Positions 48,773 through 58,802 of a stretch of 64,000 nt of DNA are shown piece after piece. Every line of letters begins with the position of its first letter. Within the stretch, counting starts at the first letter, position 1. The position numbers were made by a program, and so were the translations under genes. The stretch is from Alteromonas sp. (GTDB lineage Bacteria > Margulisbacteria > Marinamargulisbacteria > UBA6595). The stretch spans positions 1 to 64,000 of the forward strand of contig CAXPTH010000003.1 in NCBI GenBank assembly GCA_964220215.1. Reading direction: 5' to 3'. The notes below the pieces were generated by a model, which ran no database searches, was not told where the DNA came from, and saw nothing but the letters and a program-made list of their open reading frames with translations.

Positions 48773-49135
48773 TTGAATATGGTAATTTTCATTACTGTGA
48801 TTTCCAATATTCTCATTGATAGTATTCGCATCAGTATTGCTATATCTATTTTTTTTGTTTGGATTGTACGATACACCAATATTGTTGAAGAATTTCAAGA
48901 ATACGGCTTCCCCAATTGGTTTCGAGACATCATGGGTATCTTAAAATGCATTGCAGCCGCATTTTTGTTGATTGGCAGTGTGCCGCTGATGGGTGTTGCA
49001 ACCGCTGTATTATCTATTCTAATGCTATCTGCCTTTATTGTTCATATTAAGCATTCGCATACATTCATTCAAATGCTCCCGTCCTTTAGCTTGGCTGTAG
49101 CCAATGCTTTTTTGTTCTATTCCTTAGTTTTATAG
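48773..49135 (+). CDS. DoxX-like membrane protein
   Basis: VEEFQEYGFPNWFR..MG..K, LM.SA..VHIK; hydrophobic throughout. Confidence 0.75.
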   Translation: MNMVIFITVISNILIDSIRISIAISIFFVWIVRYTNIVEEFQEYGFPNWFRDIMGILKCIAAAFLLIGSVPLMGVATAVLSILMLSAFIVHIKHSHTFIQMLPSFSLAVANAFLFYSLVL

Positions 49136-49137
49136 CC

Positions 49138-50310
49138 TTGACTCAAGCTGATGTTTTAATCATCGGTGGCGGTCTATCCGGCCTTGTCTGTGCACATGAT
49201 TGTCAGCAAAATGGCGTTCGCGCGCATATTCTTGAAGCCAATGAAACGGTTGGGGGTCGGGTGCGATCGGATCATATTGAGGGGGTGGTGTGTGACCGAG
49301 GGTTTCAAGTGTTTTTGCCCGCATACCCCACAGCCAGCGCGGTGTTTAAGCCTCTGGGCATTGACTGGAAAGCGTATCCAAAATCCGCCATCATTCATGG
49401 GGATAACCAACAATGGTTTGGGGCTCCATTTACCTCTGGAATAGGCGAAAAGCTTCGCCTAACCCCCCGGGATTATTGGCATTTTTTTCGCGATGTTTCC
49501 GCTGGCTTACAGAATCCCAAATGCACGGACACGGTACCAACCCACACGCATCTGAATCGCTATTCCAAAACGGTATCGGACCAGTTTTTGAAGCCATTTT
49601 TTTCCAGTGTCTTTTTAGACCCCGAGTTGCACGCTCCGGCATCGTTGTTTCAGTATTATTTGTCGTTGTTTGTCCGGGGTGGGGTGGCTGTACCCAGCCA
49701 CGGCATGGGTGAAATTACTCAGCGTTTAGCTGCGCAATTAAATCCGGACACGGTGCAAACCCACACGCCTGTGACACGCATTAGCAAAGCAGACGGTATT
49801 TGGCAGGTTGAGACCGAAACGGGATCGTTTCTAGCCCCCATTATTGTGATGGCAACTGCGCATCACCATGCCTGTGCGTTGTTACAAGAATTGCCAAGCC
49901 CTACGCGTGCGCTACCAGTATCCACGCATTATTTTTTAACCGATACTATTCCCAATACCTTGGGGCCGCTGACGCTATTTCCCAATGGGACAACGTGCCA
50001 CCATGTAGCTATTCCAACACGGGTTGCCCCAAACTATACCCCCGATCATCGGCATTTAATAATGGCCACAACGTATGGCACAGACGCCGTATCGGCTGAG
50101 GCTGTTTTGGATGAATTAGCACGCTACACCCAAACCCAACACTGGCGCTGGATTCACCATGTGAAATTGGCGCATAGCTTACCGGATACGCATGCCATCA
50201 AGCATCCTGATCCAACGTGTATTCTAGCCGGGGACTGGACAACACTCCCATCGATTGAAGGGGCTTGTCGATCTGGCAAATTAGCCGCTCAGGCTATTGG
50301 CGTTACCTAG
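49138..50310 (+). CDS. FAD-dependent oxidoreductase (amine oxidase/protoporphyrinogen oxidase-like)
   Basis: IIGGGLSGL, LEA..VGGRVRSD, DRGFQV, LAGDW...SIEGA..SG. Confidence 0.85.
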   Translation: MTQADVLIIGGGLSGLVCAHDCQQNGVRAHILEANETVGGRVRSDHIEGVVCDRGFQVFLPAYPTASAVFKPLGIDWKAYPKSAIIHGDNQQWFGAPFTSGIGEKLRLTPRDYWHFFRDVSAGLQNPKCTDTVPTHTHLNRYSKTVSDQFLKPFFSSVFLDPELHAPASLFQYYLSLFVRGGVAVPSHGMGEITQRLAAQLNPDTVQTHTPVTRISKADGIWQVETETGSFLAPIIVMATAHHHACALLQELPSPTRALPVSTHYFLTDTIPNTLGPLTLFPNGTTCHHVAIPTRVAPNYTPDHRHLIMATTYGTDAVSAEAVLDELARYTQTQHWRWIHHVKLAHSLPDTHAIKHPDPTCILAGDWTTLPSIEGACRSGKLAAQAIGVT

Positions 50311-50843
50311 TGTTTTGTAAGCAATGTACCGCATCCATGCAGCGCTGTGTCCCCGAGCACGATACCCACGAGCGATGGGTGTGTTCGGCGTGTGCGTTTA
50401 TTGATTACGAAAATCCAAAGATTATTACCGGTGTTTTGCCTGTACTGGGCGATGAGGTCCTGTTATGCCAACGTGCCATTGAACCCCAAAAAGGATTGTG
50501 GACGATTCCATCTGGATTTATGGAAAACAACGAAACCGTGGAAGCGGGTGCCCTTCGAGAAGCCCATGAAGAAGCGGGAATCCACCCTAAAATTCAACAA
50601 CTGTACTGCTTGTATAACTTGCCCCATATTGGCCAAGTGTATTTATTATATTTGGCCACATTAGATTCAAAAAAAACCGATCCGGGTATTGAAACACAGG
50701 CGACGGCGTTTTTTAAATTGGATGCGATTCCATGGGATCAGTTGGCATTTTCAGCGGTATCTTTTGCTTTAAAGCAGTATGTTTCAGAGTATTTAAATGG
50801 CAAGCCGTTCCAACTTCATACTGAAACGTTTAAGCCTGAGTGA
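50310..50843 (+). CDS. Zn-ribbon NUDIX hydrolase
   Basis: CKQC...CSAC..Y.NPK, nudix box GFMENNETVEAGALREAHEEAG; GTG start at 50310 overlaps the upstream TAG. Confidence 0.9.
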   Translation: MFCKQCTASMQRCVPEHDTHERWVCSACAFIDYENPKIITGVLPVLGDEVLLCQRAIEPQKGLWTIPSGFMENNETVEAGALREAHEEAGIHPKIQQLYCLYNLPHIGQVYLLYLATLDSKKTDPGIETQATAFFKLDAIPWDQLAFSAVSFALKQYVSEYLNGKPFQLHTETFKPE

Positions 50844-51303
50844 GCAACACCACACAGTGCACACAAATGCCTTCTTTTCGGCCAATAAATCCCAGGCTTT
50901 CACCCGTAGTTGCTTTAATATTAATCGTGGCACGGTCACACTGCAAATGATCGGCGAGTGTGGCACGCATTTCAGGAATATAGGGATTTAATTTCGGCGA
51001 TTGGCACAAGATCGTGGCATCTAAATTGTTGAGTTGATAGTGCCGATCCTGCATCAGGGCCACAACCTGATCCAATAAGTGTACGCTGTTGGCATTTTTA
51101 TACTGAGGATCCGTATCGGGAAAATGAGTGCCAATATTACCCAAAGCCAATGCGCCCAACAGGGCATCCATAACGGCATGGGTTAAAACATCCGCATCAC
51201 TATGCCCAGCTAAACCTTGAGAGTAAGGAACCGTAATGCCGCCTAAAATGAGGGGGCGGTTATCCTCAAACCGATGAATATCAATTCCAATCCCAATACG
51301 CAT
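50830..51303 (-). CDS. ispF: 2-C-methyl-D-erythritol 2,4-cyclodiphosphate synthase
   Basis: RIGIGIDIH, GHSDADVLTHA, NIKATTGE. Confidence 0.97.
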   Translation of the reverse strand: MRIGIGIDIHRFEDNRPLILGGITVPYSQGLAGHSDADVLTHAVMDALLGALALGNIGTHFPDTDPQYKNANSVHLLDQVVALMQDRHYQLNNLDATILCQSPKLNPYIPEMRATLADHLQCDRATINIKATTGESLGFIGRKEGICVHCVVLLTQA

Positions 51304-51827
51304 TAGCCAATCGATTGAATCAACACTACAACCGTTAGGATGACAATGATTAAACTACTTAGCCCAGGCAAGGCCATCAACCAAGCGGTTTTTAATCCAG
51401 AGAGTCGATACTGATGCTGAATCACGTGATAGGCTTGAATGCCAATATAAATATGAATAATAGACGATACCCACGACCATCCGGTCGGGTGAATCAATTG
51501 AAAGGGCAGATACAAAACCAATGGCCACGCAATTAGGGCCAAGGATGCGTATAGCGATTTTAATTTTGACCGATACCCCAAATATTGAGCCCAAAAGTCC
51601 AAGCTAGCACTAATAATAGCCAATGCAATCAACCAGCCCATGCATTCCAAGCCAACCCGCGATACCCACAGGCCCCAACTTGAAAACGGTTGGTGCGCTT
51701 GATGCGCCACACTAATCAGCACAGAAACATAAATCGCATGCCGCCAGGACAACTGAAAATCATGTTGGCGAATAAAGCCAATCGGTGACTCCACAATGCG
51801 CATAATCGTATGAACGGCTTGGCGCAT
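51303..51827 (-). CDS. YIP1-like membrane protein
   Basis: Multi-TM ORF from ATG 51827, just after the sppA stop; the longer ORF-track version overlaps sppA. Confidence 0.5.
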   Translation of the reverse strand: MRQAVHTIMRIVESPIGFIRQHDFQLSWRHAIYVSVLISVAHQAHQPFSSWGLWVSRVGLECMGWLIALAIISASLDFWAQYLGYRSKLKSLYASLALIAWPLVLYLPFQLIHPTGWSWVSSIIHIYIGIQAYHVIQHQYRLSGLKTAWLMALPGLSSLIIVILTVVVLIQSIG

Positions 51828-51828
51828 A

Positions 51829-52749
51829 CTACTGGAGTTCAGGCAATTGTGGGAACACCCATTGCATCGGAGATGAACTTGAGAATCGCAGCGACAGCTT
51901 ATCAAACCAATCGGTAACGGATTGATCTCGGGCATAAACCAGCGGAGCGGATTCATCCAAACCCACAATGGCTTTACTGTGCGCAACGGCCATTTCAAAA
52001 CCGCCAATTGCATCAATCAAGCCATTGTCTAATGCTTGGCGGCCTGAAAATACTTGCCCCATTGCCAAAGTATTGACCTGTTCGGCTGTTAAATTGCGTC
52101 GTTGTTGCACATACTCTTTAAATTGGACATGCACATCGTCGATCAATTCTTGAACCAAGTGTTCCTCTTCGTCGGTTGGGTCTCGCCAGCTGGATAATAA
52201 ATCCTTGTATTTTCCGGATTTGTAAGTTCGGGTATCAATGCCATATTTATCCGGAACTTCGGTTAAATCCAATCCCTGCATAATCACCCCAATGCTCCCA
52301 ACTAAACTACCGGAATTGGCAAAAATAGTATCACCAGCCAAGGCCACCCAATAGCCACCCGATGCACATACATCGGCAACCGATACCGTTACGGGTATTG
52401 CATTTTCAGATTTAAACGCCACGATGGCCGAATAAAGCTCCTGAGACGCCCCCACAGTACCGCCCGGGCTGTTTATGCGAACAACCAAACTTTTGATCGC
52501 CTTGTTTTTACGCAATTGTTTTAAATTTTTAATCACATGGTCCACGGTTTGCGAATAAAAGCTGGTGCTTGAATAATTGTATGAAATAGGACCGTTAATC
52601 ACAACAACGCCAACACTAGGGGTTGCTTTCCAGCTGGGCAGCGTCACGCTAGCCGTGGGCTCAGGCTGAAAATTTTGAATACTTGAAACCCCCAATGCAA
52701 TTAAAAACAATAGAATTAAAGCATAGGAAACCCAGGGACTTTTTTTCAT
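51829..52749 (-). CDS. sppA: Signal peptide peptidase SppA (S49)
   Basis: RINSPGG, ASGGY, GSIGV, KSGKYKD, GLIDAIG. Confidence 0.94.
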   Translation of the reverse strand: MKKSPWVSYALILLFLIALGVSSIQNFQPEPTASVTLPSWKATPSVGVVVINGPISYNYSSTSFYSQTVDHVIKNLKQLRKNKAIKSLVVRINSPGGTVGASQELYSAIVAFKSENAIPVTVSVADVCASGGYWVALAGDTIFANSGSLVGSIGVIMQGLDLTEVPDKYGIDTRTYKSGKYKDLLSSWRDPTDEEEHLVQELIDDVHVQFKEYVQQRRNLTAEQVNTLAMGQVFSGRQALDNGLIDAIGGFEMAVAHSKAIVGLDESAPLVYARDQSVTDWFDKLSLRFSSSSPMQWVFPQLPELQ

Positions 52750-52762
52750 TATTTATACTATA

Positions 52763-55700
52763 TCACCGAATTGCATGCGTTTTCCAGTTTGTAATAACCA
52801 ACCATAGGTACCAGAAAAGGCTTAAAGCGAAAATTAACAGTGCCGATATTAAATATAAACCCAATGCCCCATCAAACGGTTGGTACAGCCCCTGTTTAAG
52901 CGTATGAATTGTGGCGAAAAATCCAGTAATCAGTGGAATAAATGGCAAATGTTTACGAATCACTAATTTTGTAATAACCAGCAAACTAATGCCCATTAAC
53001 ACAGCCATGACGACTCCATGCGCCAATGCGCTGGGTAACTGAGTCATGCCTAAAATAAATCCAGTAATAAAAATAACAAGCGGGCGAATACTCCAATGCC
53101 AATGAAATAAGCGAGACAATCGATCATAGACGTACAGTGTCATAAAAATAGTTAAGCTAATAATAATGTAATGCCGAATGGGGGACAGTATTGCTGATAC
53201 GGTAGTGAAATACGTATTAACAGCCGTATAATCTGAAAAAACCAATGTGTTGGGTTGAATATAGTATGCAACTGAGAGTAAGCCAAGCGCAATAAACGTG
53301 ACCCCGCCACACAATAAAACCCGGTGAGACAAACACATTTCCAATCGGCGGAACGATCCGTGATGAATAAACCCCGCAATAACCGATAAAACCATTGATT
53401 CAATCACAATAAAAGCGCCCGCTTTAACATTTAAAAGAACCAATTGATACGTCCACGATTTACCATCAATAACACGAAATAACAACTCCGGGTAGTGGTT
53501 AACATGAAGAACGGTGTTCAGGCACAACAGGCCAAAGAAAAAAACATAAAAAACGCGATAACTAAAATAATGATGCTGCCAACTATAAAGACTAAAAATA
53601 AATACCGCCAAAATAGCACTGTAGTACACTAGCTTTAAAATACCGAGAATTTGACTGCGAATCGATTGATTGGCTTTGGTTTTATGCACCCATTCTTTTG
53701 GCATTTTCAAAAGCTGAAACGTATCCACACTATAATTGTTGGCTACATTTAAAATTAGCGATGCGCGATTAAACGGTTGGGGAACCTCGGTGTGATCCAG
53801 CATATACTGATAATATTGCGTATTATCTTTAATCTTGGTTGCCCGTTTGGCAACACCAAACGGGTGCTTCTGATCATAATCAAACAATTGAATGGTTTGT
53901 TTAATTAACGCTGAATGATTCGTTGTTGAAAACGACTCCGGAATGACCATGCGCTTAAACCGCACCAGCTCACCGTGACTCCCTAGTGTAATGGCATATA
54001 AATCTTGAACGCGATGCTGCGTATTGACAATGCGAATGCGCCAATACGGTGCTACGGTATAGTGACCAAACTGTTGAGAATCTAGCTGGTTTTCCCATAA
54101 AAACGTATCCAGCATAGTGGGTTCTTGGCGAATGCTCATCAGCAATTTCCACTCCGGCTGCCAGGTAATTCCCTGAGACTTTAAGAGGGATTCAACCCGA
54201 CTGGGAACCAATTCTTTGTCTAAAGTAAGCATTGGCGAATTGGCAGTAAAGGGCGTTAGCATGACCCAAGCAGCAATCCCAATAAGGCTGCACACGCCAA
54301 TGGCGTATAATTTCCCCTTTTTAAAGTGGCTAAACGCTTCAATTGGGCGCAATTGCCGATAAATTGTTTTGGTGCTGGGCTCCCAGGCTTTGTTAAGCAC
54401 AGCCTCCGTAATTGGAGAAAACCCCCCCTGCTTGAGCCGCATCGCAATGGCATACATAAACGGAGCCGCAGCACCCAAAATAATAATGGCTTGATCAATA
54501 ATCGTGTGCTGCTCAATAACGGTAAATAATGGAAGCGCATAAACACTAATACTATAAATAAACTGCGCAATGATAATGGGCAATAACCCAAAGCGTAAAT
54601 ACACACACCCCAAGAGCAACGCAGGAACAATCAGCTTAGTCAGATACAACGAAGCTGGAATGCTGGCCCCTGAGTACATACCATGAAACGCCGCATAAAT
54701 AAACGCCTGTGCCAGTAGTGCAAACCCAATCCAAGCTGATTTAAACCCAAATCGTTTACCAAGCAACGCCGCTCCAGCCAATGGAATCGCGCGAAACAAA
54801 CATTCTTTCCAGATACTATTGCTCAGACTATAAACAACCGGGCTAACCCCCGGAAAATAGCTGCTCAGGATGGATTGATGCGCAAATAAATTGGATGGTG
54901 TCCATCCCGAGACCAATGGCGCTAACACATGATTGAATAAAATCATATAGCCGATCAAAAAAATTCCAAGCAAATACCCGCCAAGAATACGTCCAAATAC
55001 AGACGGGCTACTAACCACGCGGGACGACAGCAATTGCCACAATTGAATTCGATTTTCAAACGCTTTACGTGTTAAACTTTCGGCAACCATTAATGCCAGT
55101 GAAAATAAGATCAACCAAAACACCAGAGACCCAACAAACTGTGTCCCCAATTCAATTAAAAATGTTGTCTGTGCAATTAATGGATTGTAGGTATGCAATC
55201 GTATGGGCATCAAATTTAAGTTTGATAGTCCAACCAATGTAGCCAAAAGACTCCCGGCAATAATGGGTTTTTTCCAAATGAGATAGCCCCGCTTGATTAA
55301 AAAAGCAAGTCCAAAAAAACAGCCAATAATACCGTAAAATATTCCAAAACCGACACGGCCAATTAATGTAATTAATTGATGCGTTTTATTGGCGCGTTGG
55401 TAGTTCGCTAAAAAAGAATCTGGAATAACCAATCGATATTGGAAGCCGCTCACTGTATTATTTCTTAGACTCACCACAAGCTCTATTGTTTTAGTGTAGC
55501 CATTGGACGGCTGATCGTATTGATAGCGGCACATATAGCGAGACTTGGTTTGATCGCCACACCCGAGCCAACGCATCTGGCTTAAATTGACCCCCCACGT
55601 TTGTGTCAATTGCTTGGATACCGCATCAACACCCAGGGGCATTGCTTTTGTTAAGGGCTGGTCAGAACGACTGCGATCATCAAATCCATAGAGTTCCCCA

Positions 55701-56077
55701 TTGGCTCTTAAATAAATTCGAACATCCTGTTGGGTTTGCGCGCTTAAGTGCCGAACTTCCCAGAAAAAGGGCTCATACGGTGTACTGACAAGGCTATCGC
55801 CATGCACGCTGGCCTTGAAGTCCACATACTGTGTTTCTGCTTTATTGGAACGAAATACGGCCGTTTGTTGATACGTATTGGGCCCAATTCCCAGTGATTT
55901 AGCCAATTCATGCGCCTGATCCAAGGCCATAGATCGGTTCATACTAATCGGCGGCGTGATTTTACTCACCATGGGCTGAACCTTCATATATGTAAACGCA
56001 AGAGAAATCATTGCTAAAAGAATCAAGGCGTCCCAAAATAGCTTGTTTCTAAATAATGTGCCGGTTTTTATGCCCAT
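52763..56077 (-). CDS. Large polytopic membrane protein with a central CPBP/Abi-like domain (degenerate motifs)
   Basis: WKECLFRA, AAFH, RFGLLP.IIAQ; two similar extracytoplasmic modules. Confidence 0.7.
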   Translation of the reverse strand: MGIKTGTLFRNKLFWDALILLAMISLAFTYMKVQPMVSKITPPISMNRSMALDQAHELAKSLGIGPNTYQQTAVFRSNKAETQYVDFKASVHGDSLVSTPYEPFFWEVRHLSAQTQQDVRIYLRANGELYGFDDRSRSDQPLTKAMPLGVDAVSKQLTQTWGVNLSQMRWLGCGDQTKSRYMCRYQYDQPSNGYTKTIELVVSLRNNTVSGFQYRLVIPDSFLANYQRANKTHQLITLIGRVGFGIFYGIIGCFFGLAFLIKRGYLIWKKPIIAGSLLATLVGLSNLNLMPIRLHTYNPLIAQTTFLIELGTQFVGSLVFWLILFSLALMVAESLTRKAFENRIQLWQLLSSRVVSSPSVFGRILGGYLLGIFLIGYMILFNHVLAPLVSGWTPSNLFAHQSILSSYFPGVSPVVYSLSNSIWKECLFRAIPLAGAALLGKRFGFKSAWIGFALLAQAFIYAAFHGMYSGASIPASLYLTKLIVPALLLGCVYLRFGLLPIIIAQFIYSISVYALPLFTVIEQHTIIDQAIIILGAAAPFMYAIAMRLKQGGFSPITEAVLNKAWEPSTKTIYRQLRPIEAFSHFKKGKLYAIGVCSLIGIAAWVMLTPFTANSPMLTLDKELVPSRVESLLKSQGITWQPEWKLLMSIRQEPTMLDTFLWENQLDSQQFGHYTVAPYWRIRIVNTQHRVQDLYAITLGSHGELVRFKRMVIPESFSTTNHSALIKQTIQLFDYDQKHPFGVAKRATKIKDNTQYYQYMLDHTEVPQPFNRASLILNVANNYSVDTFQLLKMPKEWVHKTKANQSIRSQILGILKLVYYSAILAVFIFSLYSWQHHYFSYRVFYVFFFGLLCLNTVLHVNHYPELLFRVIDGKSWTYQLVLLNVKAGAFIVIESMVLSVIAGFIHHGSFRRLEMCLSHRVLLCGGVTFIALGLLSVAYYIQPNTLVFSDYTAVNTYFTTVSAILSPIRHYIIISLTIFMTLYVYDRLSRLFHWHWSIRPLVIFITGFILGMTQLPSALAHGVVMAVLMGISLLVITKLVIRKHLPFIPLITGFFATIHTLKQGLYQPFDGALGLYLISALLIFALSLFWYLWLVITNWKTHAIR

Positions 56078-56161
56078 AGTTATTCCAAAAATTTTATTAT
56101 ACCATGATTTAAATGTGATAGAATAAACTCAGTATACAAATACGTATACCCCATTAACATT

Positions 56162-56776
56162 ATGCGAACATTTGCAATCGGTGATATTCATGGTGAGATT
56201 AACAAACTTTGTGGGTTAATCCAGTTGCTTAATCCAACACCATCGGATCGATTAATATTTCTAGGAGATTACATTGATCGTGGTCCCGATAGCCAAGCCG
56301 TTGTGTCGTTTCTGTGTGATTTATCAACTCAGACCCAGTGTTTGTTTCTAAAAGGAAACCACGAAGCTTTACTGGAACAAGCGGCTGTCAGCAACCGACG
56401 CTTACACGTTTGGCTAAAAAATGGGGGAGACACAACGCTACTAAGCTATGGGTCTATGGATAATCTTTGGGTTCAACACGCTGAGTTTTTTAAGAATATG
56501 CCACTGTATCATGAAACGGACAGCTATATTTTTGTCCATGCCGGAATTAAGCCCAATGTTCCCATGTATCAACAGCATGAAAGCGATTTATTATGGATCC
56601 GAAACGAGTTTTTGGATCAACCCACGGGTTTAAGCAAAGTCGTTGTTCACGGCCATTCCCGAGTCAACCATGTCGATATTCAATCGGATAAAATTAATAT
56701 TGATACAGGGGCCGTGTACGGGGGTGCGCTCAGCGCCATTGAATTGCCCAGTCAACAGGTTATCCAATTTAAATAA
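56162..56776 (+). CDS. PPP-family Ser/Thr phosphatase-like metallophosphoesterase
   Basis: GDIHG, GDYIDRG, GNHE, VHAG, HGH, IDTG. Confidence 0.92.
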   Translation: MRTFAIGDIHGEINKLCGLIQLLNPTPSDRLIFLGDYIDRGPDSQAVVSFLCDLSTQTQCLFLKGNHEALLEQAAVSNRRLHVWLKNGGDTTLLSYGSMDNLWVQHAEFFKNMPLYHETDSYIFVHAGIKPNVPMYQQHESDLLWIRNEFLDQPTGLSKVVVHGHSRVNHVDIQSDKINIDTGAVYGGALSAIELPSQQVIQFK

Positions 56777-56881
56777 ACTTAACATGCAAGTTTTGTTTAT
56801 ATAACTCACGATAAGTGATTATGTAAATCAAAAATTTACAACAATCCGGTTATAGTGTTTAAAAAATATGGGAGGGGAACT

Positions 56882-57046
56882 GTGGGGCATTACGATTTTT
56901 CAGATGATCATTATGATTATGAGGCACTTTTTGATTACGATGATTTTGAAGAGATCATGGATTCGATTGATATTGACTTAGACTTAGAGGAAATCAATAA
57001 AGAAACTATGTTTGAAGACATATCCGAAGATATGTATAACGCATAA
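56882..57046 (+). CDS. Small, highly acidic protein (54 aa)
   Basis: SD GGGAGGGG before GTG at 56882; followed by its own terminator. Confidence 0.6.
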   Translation: MGHYDFSDDHYDYEALFDYDDFEEIMDSIDIDLDLEEINKETMFEDISEDMYNA

Positions 57047-57069
57047 TAGAATTATTAAACTCAGTGTCT

Positions 57070-57105
57070 AAAGTGGGCCTGAACCGGCCCACTTTCATTT
57101 TGTTT
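57070..57105 (+). terminator. Intrinsic terminator
   Basis: aaagtgggcc-tgaacc-ggcccacttt hairpin followed by a T-rich tail. Confidence 0.85.
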
Positions 57106-57180
57106 GCGTCATGCTTTGTGCTACAATAAAATACAGATGAAAAAATCAGGTTATTTAAGTATTGTAGTAAGGAGAAAGCA

Positions 57181-58122
57181 ATGAACCAAAAGAAAATAAC
57201 AGTCGTGGGTGCGGGTCATGTTGGCGCCACAGCAGCACAGCGGTTATTAGAAAAACAATTGGGGCCAATTTGTCTGATTGATGTTGTTGAAGGCTTAGCC
57301 GCAGGCAAGGCTTTGGACATGATGCAATCCGGTGCCACGGAAGGGTTTGGCACACAGATTGTTGGCACAACAGACTACGCCGATACAGCTAATTCAGACA
57401 TTGTCTTAATTACAGCTGGGATTGCGCGGAAGCCTGGTATGTCACGGGATGATTTGTTGGCAACAAATGCAAAAATCGTCTTAAGCATTGTGGATCAAAT
57501 TATTGCTCATTCTCCAAACGCAATCATTGTCATGGTCACGAATCCTCTGGATGTGATGACGCAATTGGCCGCTGATCGGGTGGGGGATACCAATCGCGTC
57601 GTTGGTATGGCCGGCGTCTTAGACTCATCCCGTTATGCCTGCTTTATTGCAGAAGCCCTGCAGTGCTCTATCCAAGATGTTCGCGCCATGGTTTTGGGGG
57701 GTCACGGGGATTCTATGGTTCCGGTGCCACAATATTCAACGGTTAACGGTGTTCCAATTACGGAGCTTTTGCCCGCAGATACCATTGAGGCGATTAACAA
57801 GCGAACGCAGACCGGTGGGGCTGAAATTGTTCAATTACTAAAAACGGGGAGTGCCTACTATGCGCCTTCTGCATCAGCAGTGGCCATGGTAGAGGCCATT
57901 GCCTTGGACACAAATCGCTTACTACCCGCTTGTGTTAAATTAAATGGAGAATACGGAATCTCAGATATTTATTGTGGGGTTCCCGTTCGACTGGGTGCTT
58001 CGGGATTGGTTGATATCGTAACCATTTCATTAACCGATGAACAGCAAGCAGCCTTACACCAATCGGCTGAATCGGTTAGAGAAACATATGTAAAATGTCA
58101 GGAGCTCGTGCAAGTCAAATGA
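57181..58122 (+). CDS. mdh: Malate dehydrogenase (LDH-like)
   Basis: [49 protein letters not shown]. Confidence 0.96.
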   Translation: MNQKKITVVGAGHVGATAAQRLLEKQLGPICLIDVVEGLAAGKALDMMQSGATEGFGTQIVGTTDYADTANSDIVLITAGIARKPGMSRDDLLATNAKIVLSIVDQIIAHSPNAIIVMVTNPLDVMTQLAADRVGDTNRVVGMAGVLDSSRYACFIAEALQCSIQDVRAMVLGGHGDSMVPVPQYSTVNGVPITELLPADTIEAINKRTQTGGAEIVQLLKTGSAYYAPSASAVAMVEAIALDTNRLLPACVKLNGEYGISDIYCGVPVRLGASGLVDIVTISLTDEQQAALHQSAESVRETYVKCQELVQVK

Positions 58123-58802
58123 TAAAACAGTATATACAATCCCAAATCGGCAAGAAGCAACTCGTTGCCATCAGCGGTCTTGCCTTGATCTTATTTGTTA
58201 TGTTTCATTTATCGGCCAACCTGTTGCTGTTTCTTGGGCCAGATTATTTTAATTTTTTTCCTGAATTAATTCATTCCACAGGTATTGGATTGCGAATGAT
58301 TGAATCGGGATTGGCCGCTGTTTTTTTTCTTCACATTGGGCTAACCGTTGCACTGGTTCGACAAAACCGAAAAGCCCGTGGGCAGCAATACAAAACAGTG
58401 AACTACGCCAAGCGAAGCATTGCCACTCGGTTAATGCCCTATACCGGAACCCTGCTGCTATTATTCTTGGCCGTGCATATTAATGATTTTGTTCTTCAAG
58501 ATCATTTTGGTGCTAAAAGTATTGTTGGCGGAGAGTCCCTTGGTTTGTACGGACTCGTATACAATGCATTTGCCAATCCGTTTCGCGTTGGTCTTTATGT
58601 TCTGGGTGTTTTTTCTTTGGGCTTTCATTTATCGCATGGCATTCAAAGTGTGTTTCAAACGCTGGGCTATCACAGCCCCAAATACACCCCGATTATTAAA
58701 CACATGAGTCGTGGTTTGGGTGTGCTTGTTGCCGTGTTATTTGCAAGTATTCCGTTTTATTTTTCATATATGAATATAGTGGGGTGTTGTTATGTCTCAT
58801 AA
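58119..58802 (+). CDS. sdhC: Succinate dehydrogenase cytochrome b subunit
   Basis: IGKKQL.AISG, FHL..N, HL.HG.QS.FQTLG; ATGA overlap with mdh. Confidence 0.9.
   Translation: MIKQYIQSQIGKKQLVAISGLALILFVMFHLSANLLLFLGPDYFNFFPELIHSTGIGLRMIESGLAAVFFLHIGLTVALVRQNRKARGQQYKTVNYAKRSIATRLMPYTGTLLLLFLAVHINDFVLQDHFGAKSIVGGESLGLYGLVYNAFANPFRVGLYVLGVFSLGFHLSHGIQSVFQTLGYHSPKYTPIIKHMSRGLGVLVAVLFASIPFYFSYMNIVGCCYVS

Noticed and set aside
51828..52016. N-terminal extension of the 237-aa ORF
   Set aside because: Overlaps sppA out of frame; ATG 51827 is the more plausible start.
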